From contig CAXGUD010000012.1 in NCBI GenBank assembly GCA_964012805.1, forward strand, positions 32,001 through 96,000: a stretch of 64,000 bases of DNA. Direction: 5' to 3'. The notes under the pieces were generated by a model. It saw nothing but the letters and a program-made list of their open reading frames with translations, was not told where the DNA came from and did no database searches. Positions 51,373 to 60,732 of the stretch are shown in pieces (the first letter of the stretch is position 1; each line of letters begins with the position of its first letter). Made by a program: the position numbers and the translations under genes. The stretch is from an uncultured Bacteriovoracaceae bacterium (lineage in GTDB: Bacteria; Bdellovibrionota; Bacteriovoracia; Bacteriovoracales; Bacteriovoracaceae).

Positions 51373-51685
51373 GGCATACTCCGAACTTCTAATTTAACTT
51401 TAATGATAATTTATTATTAAGAGTTATCGTAATTTTTTCAAAACTTTTGCCCTAAAAAATAAAAATAATGAAATAATTAAAATAAAAACTATTGACTTCT
51501 TATCAAATTGAATCGTTACAGTTGAAGAAAATTTGTAAGAACTAGAAGAAATTGAATAAACATTTGCCTTATTCGAGCTCATTTTTAACCTTTATTATTA
51601 ATATATTCAATAAATTAGAGAAAAATGTAATTAAAAAGCCGATAGGTCTTAAAAAAATTTAAAATTGAAAAATACAGAGTGTTGA

Positions 51686-53611
51686 GTGAAGTTACTTCCC
51701 TTTTATGCATCTATTTTAACCTATATATTTAGCTATATTGTATGTGGCATAATTGGACATTTTTTGGGTTCACATGGTTTCGATTTTATTTGGGTTTTTC
51801 CTCCAGCCCTTATTCAACTTGGTTTTTTTTTTATAAGAAGAAAAGTAAAAAAACTAAACTTTTTTGCGATGTCTTCTCAAACAATCTATGCCATTTTTTT
51901 TATTTTTTACATGATCCCAGATCTCTATAAATTAGAAGCCTACCTTGCTTTTTTTATTTCGCTATCCCTTTTATGTGTCACTATTTTAAAGCTTGAAGAG
52001 TTTCTAGTTATTTCTTTAACTGGCATTATATTTTTCTTTTGGCTTTATATCTTTAAGGATGGGGTTGTTAGTACTAGTGAAATTAGAATTACTTTTATTC
52101 TCCTTTCCTTTAGTTTTTTCTCCTTTTTATCTTCTATTTATGTGAATTGGATAAGGTTACGGCTTAAAAAAAAGGAAAAAACCTTGCAGGATAATCTTTT
52201 TTTTATAACAAATCAAAAGTCCAATCTGAATAATATTCTTAATAACCTTAATCAAGGTTACCTTACATTTGATAAATTTGGAACTATTGGTGATGAAGTA
52301 ACGATGATAACAAACTCCCTTTTAGAAAATGACATCAAAAAGGTAAGGGATCAAGACTATAAAGTTTGGGATCTTATTTATGAAGATGAAAAGAAAAAAG
52401 AGCAATTTAAAAGCTGGGTTTGTAAGGTCTTTGATGGAAAGCTTTCTTTTAAGGACTTACTACCTCTGGCACCTAAATATTTTAAGGGAAAAAAGTATAA
52501 AGACGTTAAATTGGACTTTAGGCCGATTTTTTATGAAAAAATGAATAAAAAAGTTGAAAAAATTATAATGATATCTATTGATAAAACTAATGAAGTTTTA
52601 TTAGAAGCTGAAGCTGAACGAAAAAATGGACAAGTCAATTTTATTATTAATTGCCTTGATCACCCGATTGATTTTTTAGACTTGATCCATGATACTTATG
52701 AAGCCCTTGATAAAGATCCCGATTTGAAAAACGAAAAGGAATTATTATTTCGAAAATACCATACGCTTAAGGCCAGGTTCGGACAGTTTAAATTAATAAG
52801 TCTTGTAAAAAAAATCGATAAAATTGAAAATTATATTCAAAATAGTGATGAGAAAAAATTAAAAATTAGTATCCAGGAATTCAAAGACGATTTTGACAGT
52901 CTCCTTAAAGAAAATAGTTTAATTGTAAAAGCTGCTAATAAATTTATGGTTGAAGATGGTCAGGCCATTGAAGCATATAGGGTCATTGAATATATAGTAA
53001 ACGCAGAATCTTTGGAAGAACTTCATTTACTCATTTATGAAGATCATATACTCGTTGATTTAAAGAGAAAGCTAAAAAGATATATAGAGCTTACCAAACA
53101 AATTGGATTAGACCAGGAAAAAGAAATTGTCCTTGAAATAACAGGGGACGATGTCTTAGTTGAGTACAACAAGTATTCCGAATTCGTTAATAGTCTTATT
53201 CATATCTTTAGAAATATGATAGATCATGGAATTGAGACAAAAGATGAAAGAGATAAAAATAATAAAAACTTAATTGCAAAAATTGATGTTAAATTTAAAA
53301 AATATAAAGATAAATTTGTGATAACTTTAAAAGATGATGGAAGAGGGATGGACCCTGAAAAAATTAAATCGACAGCAATTAGTCGAGGCCTTAAAACCGA
53401 AAAAGAGATAAACAAACTAAAAAAGGAAGAAATATTTAATCTTGTTTTTCTCCAAGGTTTTTCTACCAAAGAAGGCGTCAGTGAACTTTCTGGAAGAGGT
53501 GTTGGAATGGGAGCAGTTCAATCAGAAATCAACAACCTTTCGGGTTCCATTACAATAGATTCTGAAATAGGGAAAGAAACCAAGTTCATCGTAACATTGC
53601 CATTAAAATGA
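51686..53611 (+). CDS. Multi-TM sensor with PAS-like, Hpt and CheA-type kinase domains; close paralogue of 42839..45118
   Basis: FRKYHTLKARFGQF, HIFRNMIDHG, KDDGRG, GFSTK and SGRGVGM. Confidence 0.85.
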   Translation: MKLLPFYASILTYIFSYIVCGIIGHFLGSHGFDFIWVFPPALIQLGFFFIRRKVKKLNFFAMSSQTIYAIFFIFYMIPDLYKLEAYLAFFISLSLLCVTILKLEEFLVISLTGIIFFFWLYIFKDGVVSTSEIRITFILLSFSFFSFLSSIYVNWIRLRLKKKEKTLQDNLFFITNQKSNLNNILNNLNQGYLTFDKFGTIGDEVTMITNSLLENDIKKVRDQDYKVWDLIYEDEKKKEQFKSWVCKVFDGKLSFKDLLPLAPKYFKGKKYKDVKLDFRPIFYEKMNKKVEKIIMISIDKTNEVLLEAEAERKNGQVNFIINCLDHPIDFLDLIHDTYEALDKDPDLKNEKELLFRKYHTLKARFGQFKLISLVKKIDKIENYIQNSDEKKLKISIQEFKDDFDSLLKENSLIVKAANKFMVEDGQAIEAYRVIEYIVNAESLEELHLLIYEDHILVDLKRKLKRYIELTKQIGLDQEKEIVLEITGDDVLVEYNKYSEFVNSLIHIFRNMIDHGIETKDERDKNNKNLIAKIDVKFKKYKDKFVITLKDDGRGMDPEKIKSTAISRGLKTEKEINKLKKEEIFNLVFLQGFSTKEGVSELSGRGVGMGAVQSEINNLSGSITIDSEIGKETKFIVTLPLK

Positions 53612-53623
53612 ACTTACTTTGAA

Positions 53624-54289
53624 TTAAGAAAGGGAAAAAGGACCTCCCTTCTCAAGCGCCTTTTTATAAGATTCCATCTTTTGAACTTTTTGAACATAGG
53701 AAAGAATATTAGGAAATTTATCTTTCAATAGACCTCTTGCTTCTGCAGCCTCAAGAGGAAATATCATAATAAAGTCAGCACTTGTTAAATGTTTACCAGC
53801 AAACCATTCATGATCCTTTAAATGATCATTTATATGTTCTAATCTCAGGTTTATTTCCGGTTCAATATAGGAGCTTTTAACTTTTTTAACAATAGATTTA
53901 ATAATTGGTTTTAGTAGAAAGGGGACCGGGGCTTTTTTAAGTGCATCAAATACAAGGCTTAATAATATTTGAGGCATTAAAGAGCCTTCAGCAAAGTGTA
54001 ACCAATAAATTATCTTTCTATTTTCCTCATCATTTAATGAGGTAAAACGGTCTTTTCCGTAGGTTGTTGCCAAATATTCTATTATGGCACCTGATTCGGC
54101 CATTTTTATATCACCATCCTCAAGAACAGGAGATTTACCCATCGGGTGGACTTCTTTTAGCTCTTTAGGTGCAAGCATTGTTTTAGGGTCTCTTTTATAA
54201 TGTTTTATTTCATAGTCGATACCTAATTCTTCTAAAAGCCAAATAATACGTTGAGATCTTGAGTTATTGAGATGATGGAGGATAATCAT
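53624..54289 (-). CDS. Glutathione S-transferase (GTT1-like)
   Basis: LHHLNNSRSQRIIWLLEEL, HPMGKSP, ESGAI and HFAEGSLMP. Confidence 0.93.
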   Translation of the reverse strand: MIILHHLNNSRSQRIIWLLEELGIDYEIKHYKRDPKTMLAPKELKEVHPMGKSPVLEDGDIKMAESGAIIEYLATTYGKDRFTSLNDEENRKIIYWLHFAEGSLMPQILLSLVFDALKKAPVPFLLKPIIKSIVKKVKSSYIEPEINLRLEHINDHLKDHEWFAGKHLTSADFIMIFPLEAAEARGLLKDKFPNILSYVQKVQKMESYKKALEKGGPFSLS

Positions 54290-54448
54290 GGAAGAAGTCC
54301 TTAATTTTTTGGCCTATTTTTTAATCTTCCTGATATTGTAGTAAATCTACTTACGACAAGTCGAATAAAAAAATTGATCAATTTATAAATAGACTGTGTC
54401 GTTTACAGGGTTGTTTAAAGCTACCTCATTATTTTAAGGAGCACTGTC

Positions 54449-55567
54449 ATTAAATTTATTATTTCAAGTATCTTATTTTTTCCCATATTTTTTATAGGGT
54501 TTTCAATCTTTTCTCAATTCGGGACTCTTCCGAAAGGAAAACACCTCAAGCAAATAGAAAAGTCTAAAAACTTTAGTAAAGAAAGAGAACAATTTGTAAA
54601 CAGACGACCCGATATTATAGAAAAAATGAAAAAAAGAATGATTTCTATACCTCTCTGGGTTGATTGGTTTTTTGGTAATGAAAATGACAGATCCCCTAAG
54701 GAAAAGCTTCCTGAAATTGTTCCAGATATGAAATATTTTTTAACAAAATCTGACCATATTAAAGTTATTTGGCTTGGTCACTCAACTCTCTTGATCAATT
54801 TAGGTGGAAAGATCATTCTTTTAGATCCAATTTTTTCAAGAGCAGCTTCTCCTGTCCCTTTTGTTATCACAAGGTTTCAACCGCCTGTTATTAAACTTAA
54901 AGATCTCCCTTATATAGACTACGTAGTTATTTCACATGATCATTACGATCATTTAGATAGGGACACAATTAAATATTTCAAGGATAAAAAGACTCATTTC
55001 CTCGCACCTTTAGGTGTGGGAGCTCACCTCAGAGGCTGGGGAATTAATAAAGGAAGAATTACGGAACTAGATTGGTGGGAAGATATAAAAAGGGATGGAA
55101 TTACATTCACCGCAACACCCGCGCAACACTTTTCAGGTCGAGGCTTTTTTGCAAGAAATAAAACTCTTTGGGCAGGTTGGGTTTTAAAAAAAGGTGATAA
55201 GAAAGTCTTTTTCAGTGGAGACAGTGGATTTGATTCTCACTTCAAAGAAATAGGAAAAAAGCTCGGGCCTTTTGACCTCGCATTTTTGGATGTTGCTCAA
55301 TACAATTCTAAGTGGAGAGAAATCCACTTATTTCCCCATCAAGTGCCTCAGGCCTTCTTCGATGTTAATGCCAAGTTTCTTATTCCTATTCATTGGGCCA
55401 TGTTTGAAATCGCTATGCATCCTTGGTATGAGCCAGCGGAAAAGCTGAAAATAAATGCAAGAGAGAAGGGAATTAACCTTTTAACCCCTAAAATTGGCCA
55501 AATGATTGAATTAGGTAAAAGGCAAAAGACCAGTTTTTGGTGGGAGGCCTTCATCAAAAGGAACTGA
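54449..55567 (+). CDS. MBL-fold metallo-hydrolase (NAPE-PLD/RomA-like); probable non-canonical start upstream of the track's ATG at 54626
   Basis: WLGHST, ISHDHYDHLD, PAQHFSGR, FSGDSG and PIHW. In-frame upstream extension has a signal/TM segment and FGTLPKG...IEKSKNF; AAGGAG precedes ATT at 54449. Confidence 0.85.
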   Translation: MKFIISSILFFPIFFIGFSIFSQFGTLPKGKHLKQIEKSKNFSKEREQFVNRRPDIIEKMKKRMISIPLWVDWFFGNENDRSPKEKLPEIVPDMKYFLTKSDHIKVIWLGHSTLLINLGGKIILLDPIFSRAASPVPFVITRFQPPVIKLKDLPYIDYVVISHDHYDHLDRDTIKYFKDKKTHFLAPLGVGAHLRGWGINKGRITELDWWEDIKRDGITFTATPAQHFSGRGFFARNKTLWAGWVLKKGDKKVFFSGDSGFDSHFKEIGKKLGPFDLAFLDVAQYNSKWREIHLFPHQVPQAFFDVNAKFLIPIHWAMFEIAMHPWYEPAEKLKINAREKGINLLTPKIGQMIELGKRQKTSFWWEAFIKRN

Positions 55568-55569
55568 TT

Positions 55570-56064
55570 TTAAACTTCGGAAAATAGTTTTAACTGGCCT
55601 TTACAGTAAATAAGATTACCGTCGTTAGAGCTTACTTTGCCATTAACAAAGGCAATGGTGGAGATTTCTCGTTCTTTATTTACCTTAATGCGGAGTATCT
55701 TATCGCCTCTTATATTATGGTGTGAAAAGGACATTTTTTTGTAGCTTATGACGAAGGTTTTCTTGAAGCCTCTATACTGACTTTTGAAATGATAATGATA
55801 ATGGGCCATAACAAAGCCAAAGGATTGGGCCATGATTTCTATCATAGAGGATTGCCTTAAAAATCCATCGGTACTTGCTAAAGGAATCTCATTAAGGTCA
55901 ACTAAACATTCCCCTCCGTCTTCATCGCTCCACAAAATTGTTTTAACCCAAACCATAGGAGGTCTGTGGGGGAGCCAACTTTCTAGGACCTTTGTTTCTA
56001 ATGGTCTATTGTAAATGATTTTTCCCTTCGCCTTTTTGATTTCGTTTGTCTTTAACTCTTCCAA
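55570..56064 (-). CDS. Hotdog-fold acyl-ACP dehydratase-like protein (ApeP/FabZ-like)
   Basis: WLPHRPPMVW and IEIMAQS. Confidence 0.75.
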   Translation of the reverse strand: MEELKTNEIKKAKGKIIYNRPLETKVLESWLPHRPPMVWVKTILWSDEDGGECLVDLNEIPLASTDGFLRQSSMIEIMAQSFGFVMAHYHYHFKSQYRGFKKTFVISYKKMSFSHHNIRGDKILRIKVNKEREISTIAFVNGKVSSNDGNLIYCKGQLKLFSEV

Positions 56065-56081
56065 CTTTTAATCTCTTGTTA

Positions 56082-57665
56082 TTATTTTTTAATAAAAAAT
56101 TCATCACTTTGAATTGCTAATTGAATCAATTCCTTTTTAAGGTCCATTATATGGGAATCTAAAGGTGTATCCCTTGTTACAAAAGTAGCGACTTTTCTCA
56201 CTAGATTATAGAGTTTCGTCGAGGTCTTTCCCTTTAAGCTTATTCCTCGAAGATCAAGGCCTTGGGTGAGGCAAATGAGGTGGCACGAAGTAAGAGAAAA
56301 GAGTTTATCAATTAAATCAGAGCACTGGGAAGCGGCGCTCATTCCTAAGCTTATTTTATCTTGGTTATGTGATTCAGAAGATCTGGAAAAAATACCATTA
56401 GGAATTGTCATGGCCATTATTTCCGATGTTATGGCCGAAACACATTGATGAAGACCTTTTAAACCGTGGTGGGAGTGCCTTTCATTTTCTCTCAGGTCAT
56501 TTTTATCAACAAGGTTATCAGGTAGGCCTCGGTTAGTTTTCCCATTAATTAAAAGGGCCAATTGCCTGTCCATATGATCGGCCAGATGACCAAGGCTTAT
56601 TTTTAAGTAGTCCATGCCGTGGCTTAAATGGCCTCCATAAAAGTTTCCTCCCGTGGCCATTTGGCCTTCTTCATCAATGAGAGGGTTGTCACTTACACTA
56701 TTAATTTCGTTTTCAAGCCATTTTTCAACAAGGTCAAACGTTTCCAAGATTGGGCCTAAAATTTGAGGAGAGCACCTTAGGGAGTAGGGGTCTTGAATCA
56801 TTTGATCAACAATATGGTCTTTAACCCCTATATCACGGTAAGGAGTCGAAGAATAAGACTCTTCTTCCAGGAGAGATATAATGATCTTTGCACTTTCAAA
56901 TTGACCTTCTTGAAGTTTGGCCTTTTGGTTAACGAGCTCTCCAAAGGCCTCAACTCTTCCGTTAATACTGATACAAAGCCAAGCCGAGCATACATGGGCC
57001 ATTTCGAGAAGGAACCTGCCATAGTTGTAATTAATAAGGGAGTAGGCCGTCATTGAAGAGGTTCCATTGACAACAGCAAGTCCCTCTTTTGGTTTAAATC
57101 TGTAAGGTTTTACCTTTTGCTCTTTTAAAAGGGAACTTGCTTTAAAAGTGCCTTTTTCTGTTATAACTTCACCATCACCTCTTAAGATATTACCTAAATA
57201 GGAAAGAGGAATGAGGTCGCCACTAGCTCCAAGAGAGCCCTCTCTGGGAGTTAAGGGGAACCATCCCTTGTCAGCGAAAAGGATCATGTGTGAAATAAGC
57301 TCGGGGCTTACCCCAGAGTAACCTTTGGAAAGAGAAATGATCCTTAAAAGGAGGGTCGCCTTAGATGTATGGTAGTCCAAAAATCGACCTGTTCCACAAC
57401 GAAGGTATGAAAGGAGGTTTTCTTGAAGGTTCTTGGACTCATCTTGATTAATGTACTTATAGCAGCTGTCTCCAAAACCTGTCGTCACGCCATAAACGGG
57501 AATCTGGTCGTCCAGGATTTTGAGAAGTTGTGAAAAAGAACCCTCTATTTTGCCCTTTAGTTTATTGCTTACCGAAATTGACTTAAAGGTTCTTCGAGAA
57601 AAAATATAATCCATCACTTTTTTAAGAGGGATAGGCCCATCTTCAATAAAAAAACATTCTTCCAT
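56082..57665 (-). CDS. Aromatic amino acid ammonia-lyase (MIO family; PAL/TAL-like rather than HAL)
   Basis: VYGVTTGFG, GSLGASGDL (ASG MIO), KEGLAVVNGT, QDPYSLRC, DNP, GGNFYG and HNQD. Confidence 0.92.
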   Translation of the reverse strand: MEECFFIEDGPIPLKKVMDYIFSRRTFKSISVSNKLKGKIEGSFSQLLKILDDQIPVYGVTTGFGDSCYKYINQDESKNLQENLLSYLRCGTGRFLDYHTSKATLLLRIISLSKGYSGVSPELISHMILFADKGWFPLTPREGSLGASGDLIPLSYLGNILRGDGEVITEKGTFKASSLLKEQKVKPYRFKPKEGLAVVNGTSSMTAYSLINYNYGRFLLEMAHVCSAWLCISINGRVEAFGELVNQKAKLQEGQFESAKIIISLLEEESYSSTPYRDIGVKDHIVDQMIQDPYSLRCSPQILGPILETFDLVEKWLENEINSVSDNPLIDEEGQMATGGNFYGGHLSHGMDYLKISLGHLADHMDRQLALLINGKTNRGLPDNLVDKNDLRENERHSHHGLKGLHQCVSAITSEIMAMTIPNGIFSRSSESHNQDKISLGMSAASQCSDLIDKLFSLTSCHLICLTQGLDLRGISLKGKTSTKLYNLVRKVATFVTRDTPLDSHIMDLKKELIQLAIQSDEFFIKK

Positions 57666-57724
57666 TTTTTAGGCCATTTTAATTTGTTTGTTTTTCTCGA
57701 ATTAATTTTTATAATGTAATTATT

Positions 57725-58105
57725 ATGGAGAAAAGAAGCACTTTACTAAATTTTAGTAGATCAGATTTAAAGTGGCAAATAACTGATCTGTCAAAAAGTT
57801 CCTGGACAATGAGATGGATCGTTCCTCACGACCTTCCCTTTTTTAACGGCCACTTTCCTGAAGGTTCGATCCTTCCCTCGGTCATCAGCTTAGAGGCTTC
57901 ATTAGAATTGATAGGTTTAGCTTTAAAAAAAGAAAAGGTGTTCTTAACGGAAGTTAAAACGGCCAAATTTTTTGCACCGATTACCCCCGGTTCGAAGGTA
58001 TTTATTCGAGGAATGATGAAGAGTTCGGAAAATCACTGGTTAGTGGACTGGTTTGAAGAAATCGAAGAGGGAAAGAAAACTGCAACTTTTTCTTTATTAT
58101 TATAA
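57725..58105 (+). CDS. Hotdog-fold dehydratase-like protein (ApeI/FabZ-like)
   Basis: FFNGHFPEGSILPSV and AKFFAPITPG. Confidence 0.78.
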   Translation: MEKRSTLLNFSRSDLKWQITDLSKSSWTMRWIVPHDLPFFNGHFPEGSILPSVISLEASLELIGLALKKEKVFLTEVKTAKFFAPITPGSKVFIRGMMKSSENHWLVDWFEEIEEGKKTATFSLLL

Positions 58106-58126
58106 TGAGGACTCAAACCCCACGAA

Positions 58127-59554
58127 CTAATTGATGTAACGCTTCTTTTTAAATGCAATCCATGCCTTTTTGAACTTGTTATTTTTATAGATCCTGGCGT
58201 TTTCCCAACCATTTTTAGGATGACTAAATTGAAATTGATAGCGCTCTTTTTTACAGGCTTCCCTTCCTTCTTTAAAAGTTCCCCGTCCTCTCGTAACAAT
58301 CCAAAACCCTTCATTTTTTTCATCTTGGCAAGCAAAGGGAAGTTTTTCTTTGCAATCAGTTGCCACCCAACGACCATTTTGCGTAATTGCTGCACAATTT
58401 TTTCCCTGACCCCATTTTTTAGGTTCTCCATCGGCCCATGTCCAGATAAAAGCTTTGGCGTGATCAACCGTTAACCAGTCAACTTCAAGACCTGGAATAT
58501 TGCATTCAATAGCCTCTTTCACAATAGAGGGAGTGATTTTACCCGTTTCCTTTTCGCCGTCGTAAAAACGGAGATATTTGGTGGCGTCCCAATGAATTGA
58601 TTGCCAGTTATCGGAGAGTCCATCTTCTCCATAAGTTGGGTCATGGGACCAAAGGACTTCTTCTATGCTTTCATCAGTGAAATGGCAGTGTTTTCCATCA
58701 AATTGCTTAACTTTTGTTCTTTTTCCCCTTTTATTAAAGCTATAAGGAAAGGGGGCACCAATAATAAAAACTCTTTTTCCAGCTTTTCTAATTTGATTTA
58801 TAGAAGGGTAGGGACCTCTCTCTTTATAAAGCCCTTCAGGCAAATCACTAGGTCTAAAGATCAGGTCTTTAAGGTGGTGTTTTAAAGGCGCTTCTAAAAG
58901 TTCAGTTTGTCCGTCACTTTGGTTTTGAATTTTTATGACAACCACTTCATTTTGATTTTCTTTTTTTCGTAACCAAATATTAAATTCCTCAATAATATTA
59001 TAATAAAGCCGGTCAAATGGAGAGCATCCCAAGTGGCTATACTCACCGTGACAAAGGCGTATCCTTTTCCCATAGTAATGAGTGTCCAATTCAAAAACCC
59101 GTCCTCCTAAATCAAGGAGGTCGGTCAGTGAGTATTTGTGATTAGGGAAAAGGTAACCGTCGTTTTTATTGTTAAAGGCATTATGGAGCCAAAGAACATT
59201 AACTTGATTAAGGGGTAAATCAGACTGAAGTTCTCTTTGAAAACGGATTGTTTTTGAGATCCAGGCGTGGGGTTTATTTTTAAGCTGATCCCTCTTTTTG
59301 GCCTTGCATATTCCTTTGACTGAGCGGAGCCCTCTATCACATCCACCACTTCCTTGGAGCCAAAACTCTAATGTTATGGGAGTGCATTTCTTTTGGCCTT
59401 CTTGTCCACAAGACAAGTTTCCAAGACCTTTTTGATATTTTGCCACCGCCAAAGGTGTTGTTGTAAAGCTTGATAGTAAAAGGAACCAAAGAAAAAATAC
59501 AGTTCTTGCTTTCATCATTCCTGCATATTTTGTAAGGGAGTAAGTCTTTTCCAT
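58127..59554 (-). CDS. Exported PI-PLC X-domain-like phosphodiesterase with C-terminal C-type-lectin-like domain
   Basis: Signal peptide; HNAFN, ELDTH, LCHG and EVV; C-terminal WADGEP...NCA...GRW...DC...FAC. Confidence 0.75.
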   Translation of the reverse strand: MEKTYSLTKYAGMMKARTVFFLWFLLLSSFTTTPLAVAKYQKGLGNLSCGQEGQKKCTPITLEFWLQGSGGCDRGLRSVKGICKAKKRDQLKNKPHAWISKTIRFQRELQSDLPLNQVNVLWLHNAFNNKNDGYLFPNHKYSLTDLLDLGGRVFELDTHYYGKRIRLCHGEYSHLGCSPFDRLYYNIIEEFNIWLRKKENQNEVVVIKIQNQSDGQTELLEAPLKHHLKDLIFRPSDLPEGLYKERGPYPSINQIRKAGKRVFIIGAPFPYSFNKRGKRTKVKQFDGKHCHFTDESIEEVLWSHDPTYGEDGLSDNWQSIHWDATKYLRFYDGEKETGKITPSIVKEAIECNIPGLEVDWLTVDHAKAFIWTWADGEPKKWGQGKNCAAITQNGRWVATDCKEKLPFACQDEKNEGFWIVTRGRGTFKEGREACKKERYQFQFSHPKNGWENARIYKNNKFKKAWIAFKKKRYIN

Positions 59555-59847
59555 TTCGAAACACCTTGAGAGTCATCAAAAATAAAAACGTAAAAATTTT
59601 TTAAAAAGAAGCCATTACTTTTCTCTACTCAATAAATTAAATTTTAAAAATAAAGAGGCGAACTTTAACGCCTCCGATACTAAAGAGTCAATGTTTCTTT
59701 AAATATTTTTTATTGCCGATAGGTCAATCTTATTCCTTTAAAGTCATCAAACGTTTCAATATTAAATTTCCAAAATCATTTTTCTGATAAACTTGAGAAG
59801 CTATATAAATAGACAAAAAAACCGTAAAAAGAGCTTGTTTAGAGGGG

Positions 59848-60699
59848 ATGGTTTGCATGTTAAATTTAAAAAAACTGCGCGTTTGGACCTTTCTTTTTTT
59901 CTTATTGCCTTTTTCTTTTTTATCAAAAGCGGAAACGATTCATCTGATGGCAGGAAATTGGCCACCATATCTTTCTCCAAAAATGAAAGATAGTGGAATA
60001 GCTGGAAGAATTGTCAAAGAATCTTTTGCTATGAAAGGCCATAAAGTAGAAATCCATTTTGGGCATTGGAAAGAAGGAATGGACTGGGCCAAGGTGGGAA
60101 GATCTCCTAAAGGTGGAAAGGTTCATGGAACTCTTCTTTGGTTTAAAACTCCTGAGAGGGAAAAATACCTCCATTACAGTGAACCGATCATTCATGAAAA
60201 GCACGTCCTCTTTCATAGAAAGGATAAAAGAATAACGTTTAAAAAGTATTCAGATCTTTCTCGCTTAAAAATTGGGGCGGTTATTGGCTTCCACTATGGA
60301 AAGGAGTTTGAGGAGGCAGAGAGGAGGAATATCATAAGGGTCGGGAGGACTTATATAAGTGAGTTTGCTTTTGCCTTTTTAGTTCATAAAAAAATAGATG
60401 TTTTTCCCCAAGAAATGCTTGTTGGTTACCACCAATTAAAAGAGTACTTTCCAAGAAAGCTTCAGGATCAAATTACACATTATCGAGGAAAACCTGTTTT
60501 TGAAGGTTGGAGTCACCTGACCCTAAGTAAAAAGCATTCACAAAATAAGAAATTAATGACCGATTTTAATGAGGGCTACAAAAAATTAAAAGATTCAGGA
60601 AAAGTAAAAGCTTACCTTGATGAAGTGAGAAACCCCCGGATGGACATGTACAAAAATAGTTTGAGGGGCCTTATGTTTATAAAAAAATGGAAAAAATAA
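59848..60699 (+). CDS. Family-3 solute-binding protein
   Basis: NWPPY, IGAVIGFHYG, KIDVFP and FNEGYKKLKDSG. True start may be the ATG at 59857. Confidence 0.85.
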   Translation: MVCMLNLKKLRVWTFLFFLLPFSFLSKAETIHLMAGNWPPYLSPKMKDSGIAGRIVKESFAMKGHKVEIHFGHWKEGMDWAKVGRSPKGGKVHGTLLWFKTPEREKYLHYSEPIIHEKHVLFHRKDKRITFKKYSDLSRLKIGAVIGFHYGKEFEEAERRNIIRVGRTYISEFAFAFLVHKKIDVFPQEMLVGYHQLKEYFPRKLQDQITHYRGKPVFEGWSHLTLSKKHSQNKKLMTDFNEGYKKLKDSGKVKAYLDEVRNPRMDMYKNSLRGLMFIKKWKK

Positions 60700-60732
60700 A
60701 ATAATAGTGAAAAAAATAAAAAGGCGGGATCT

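Noticed and set aside
56082..57665. Annotation as hutH (histidine ammonia-lyase)
   Set aside because: Lacks the Ser-His selectivity pair and hut neighbours; the context is biosynthetic.
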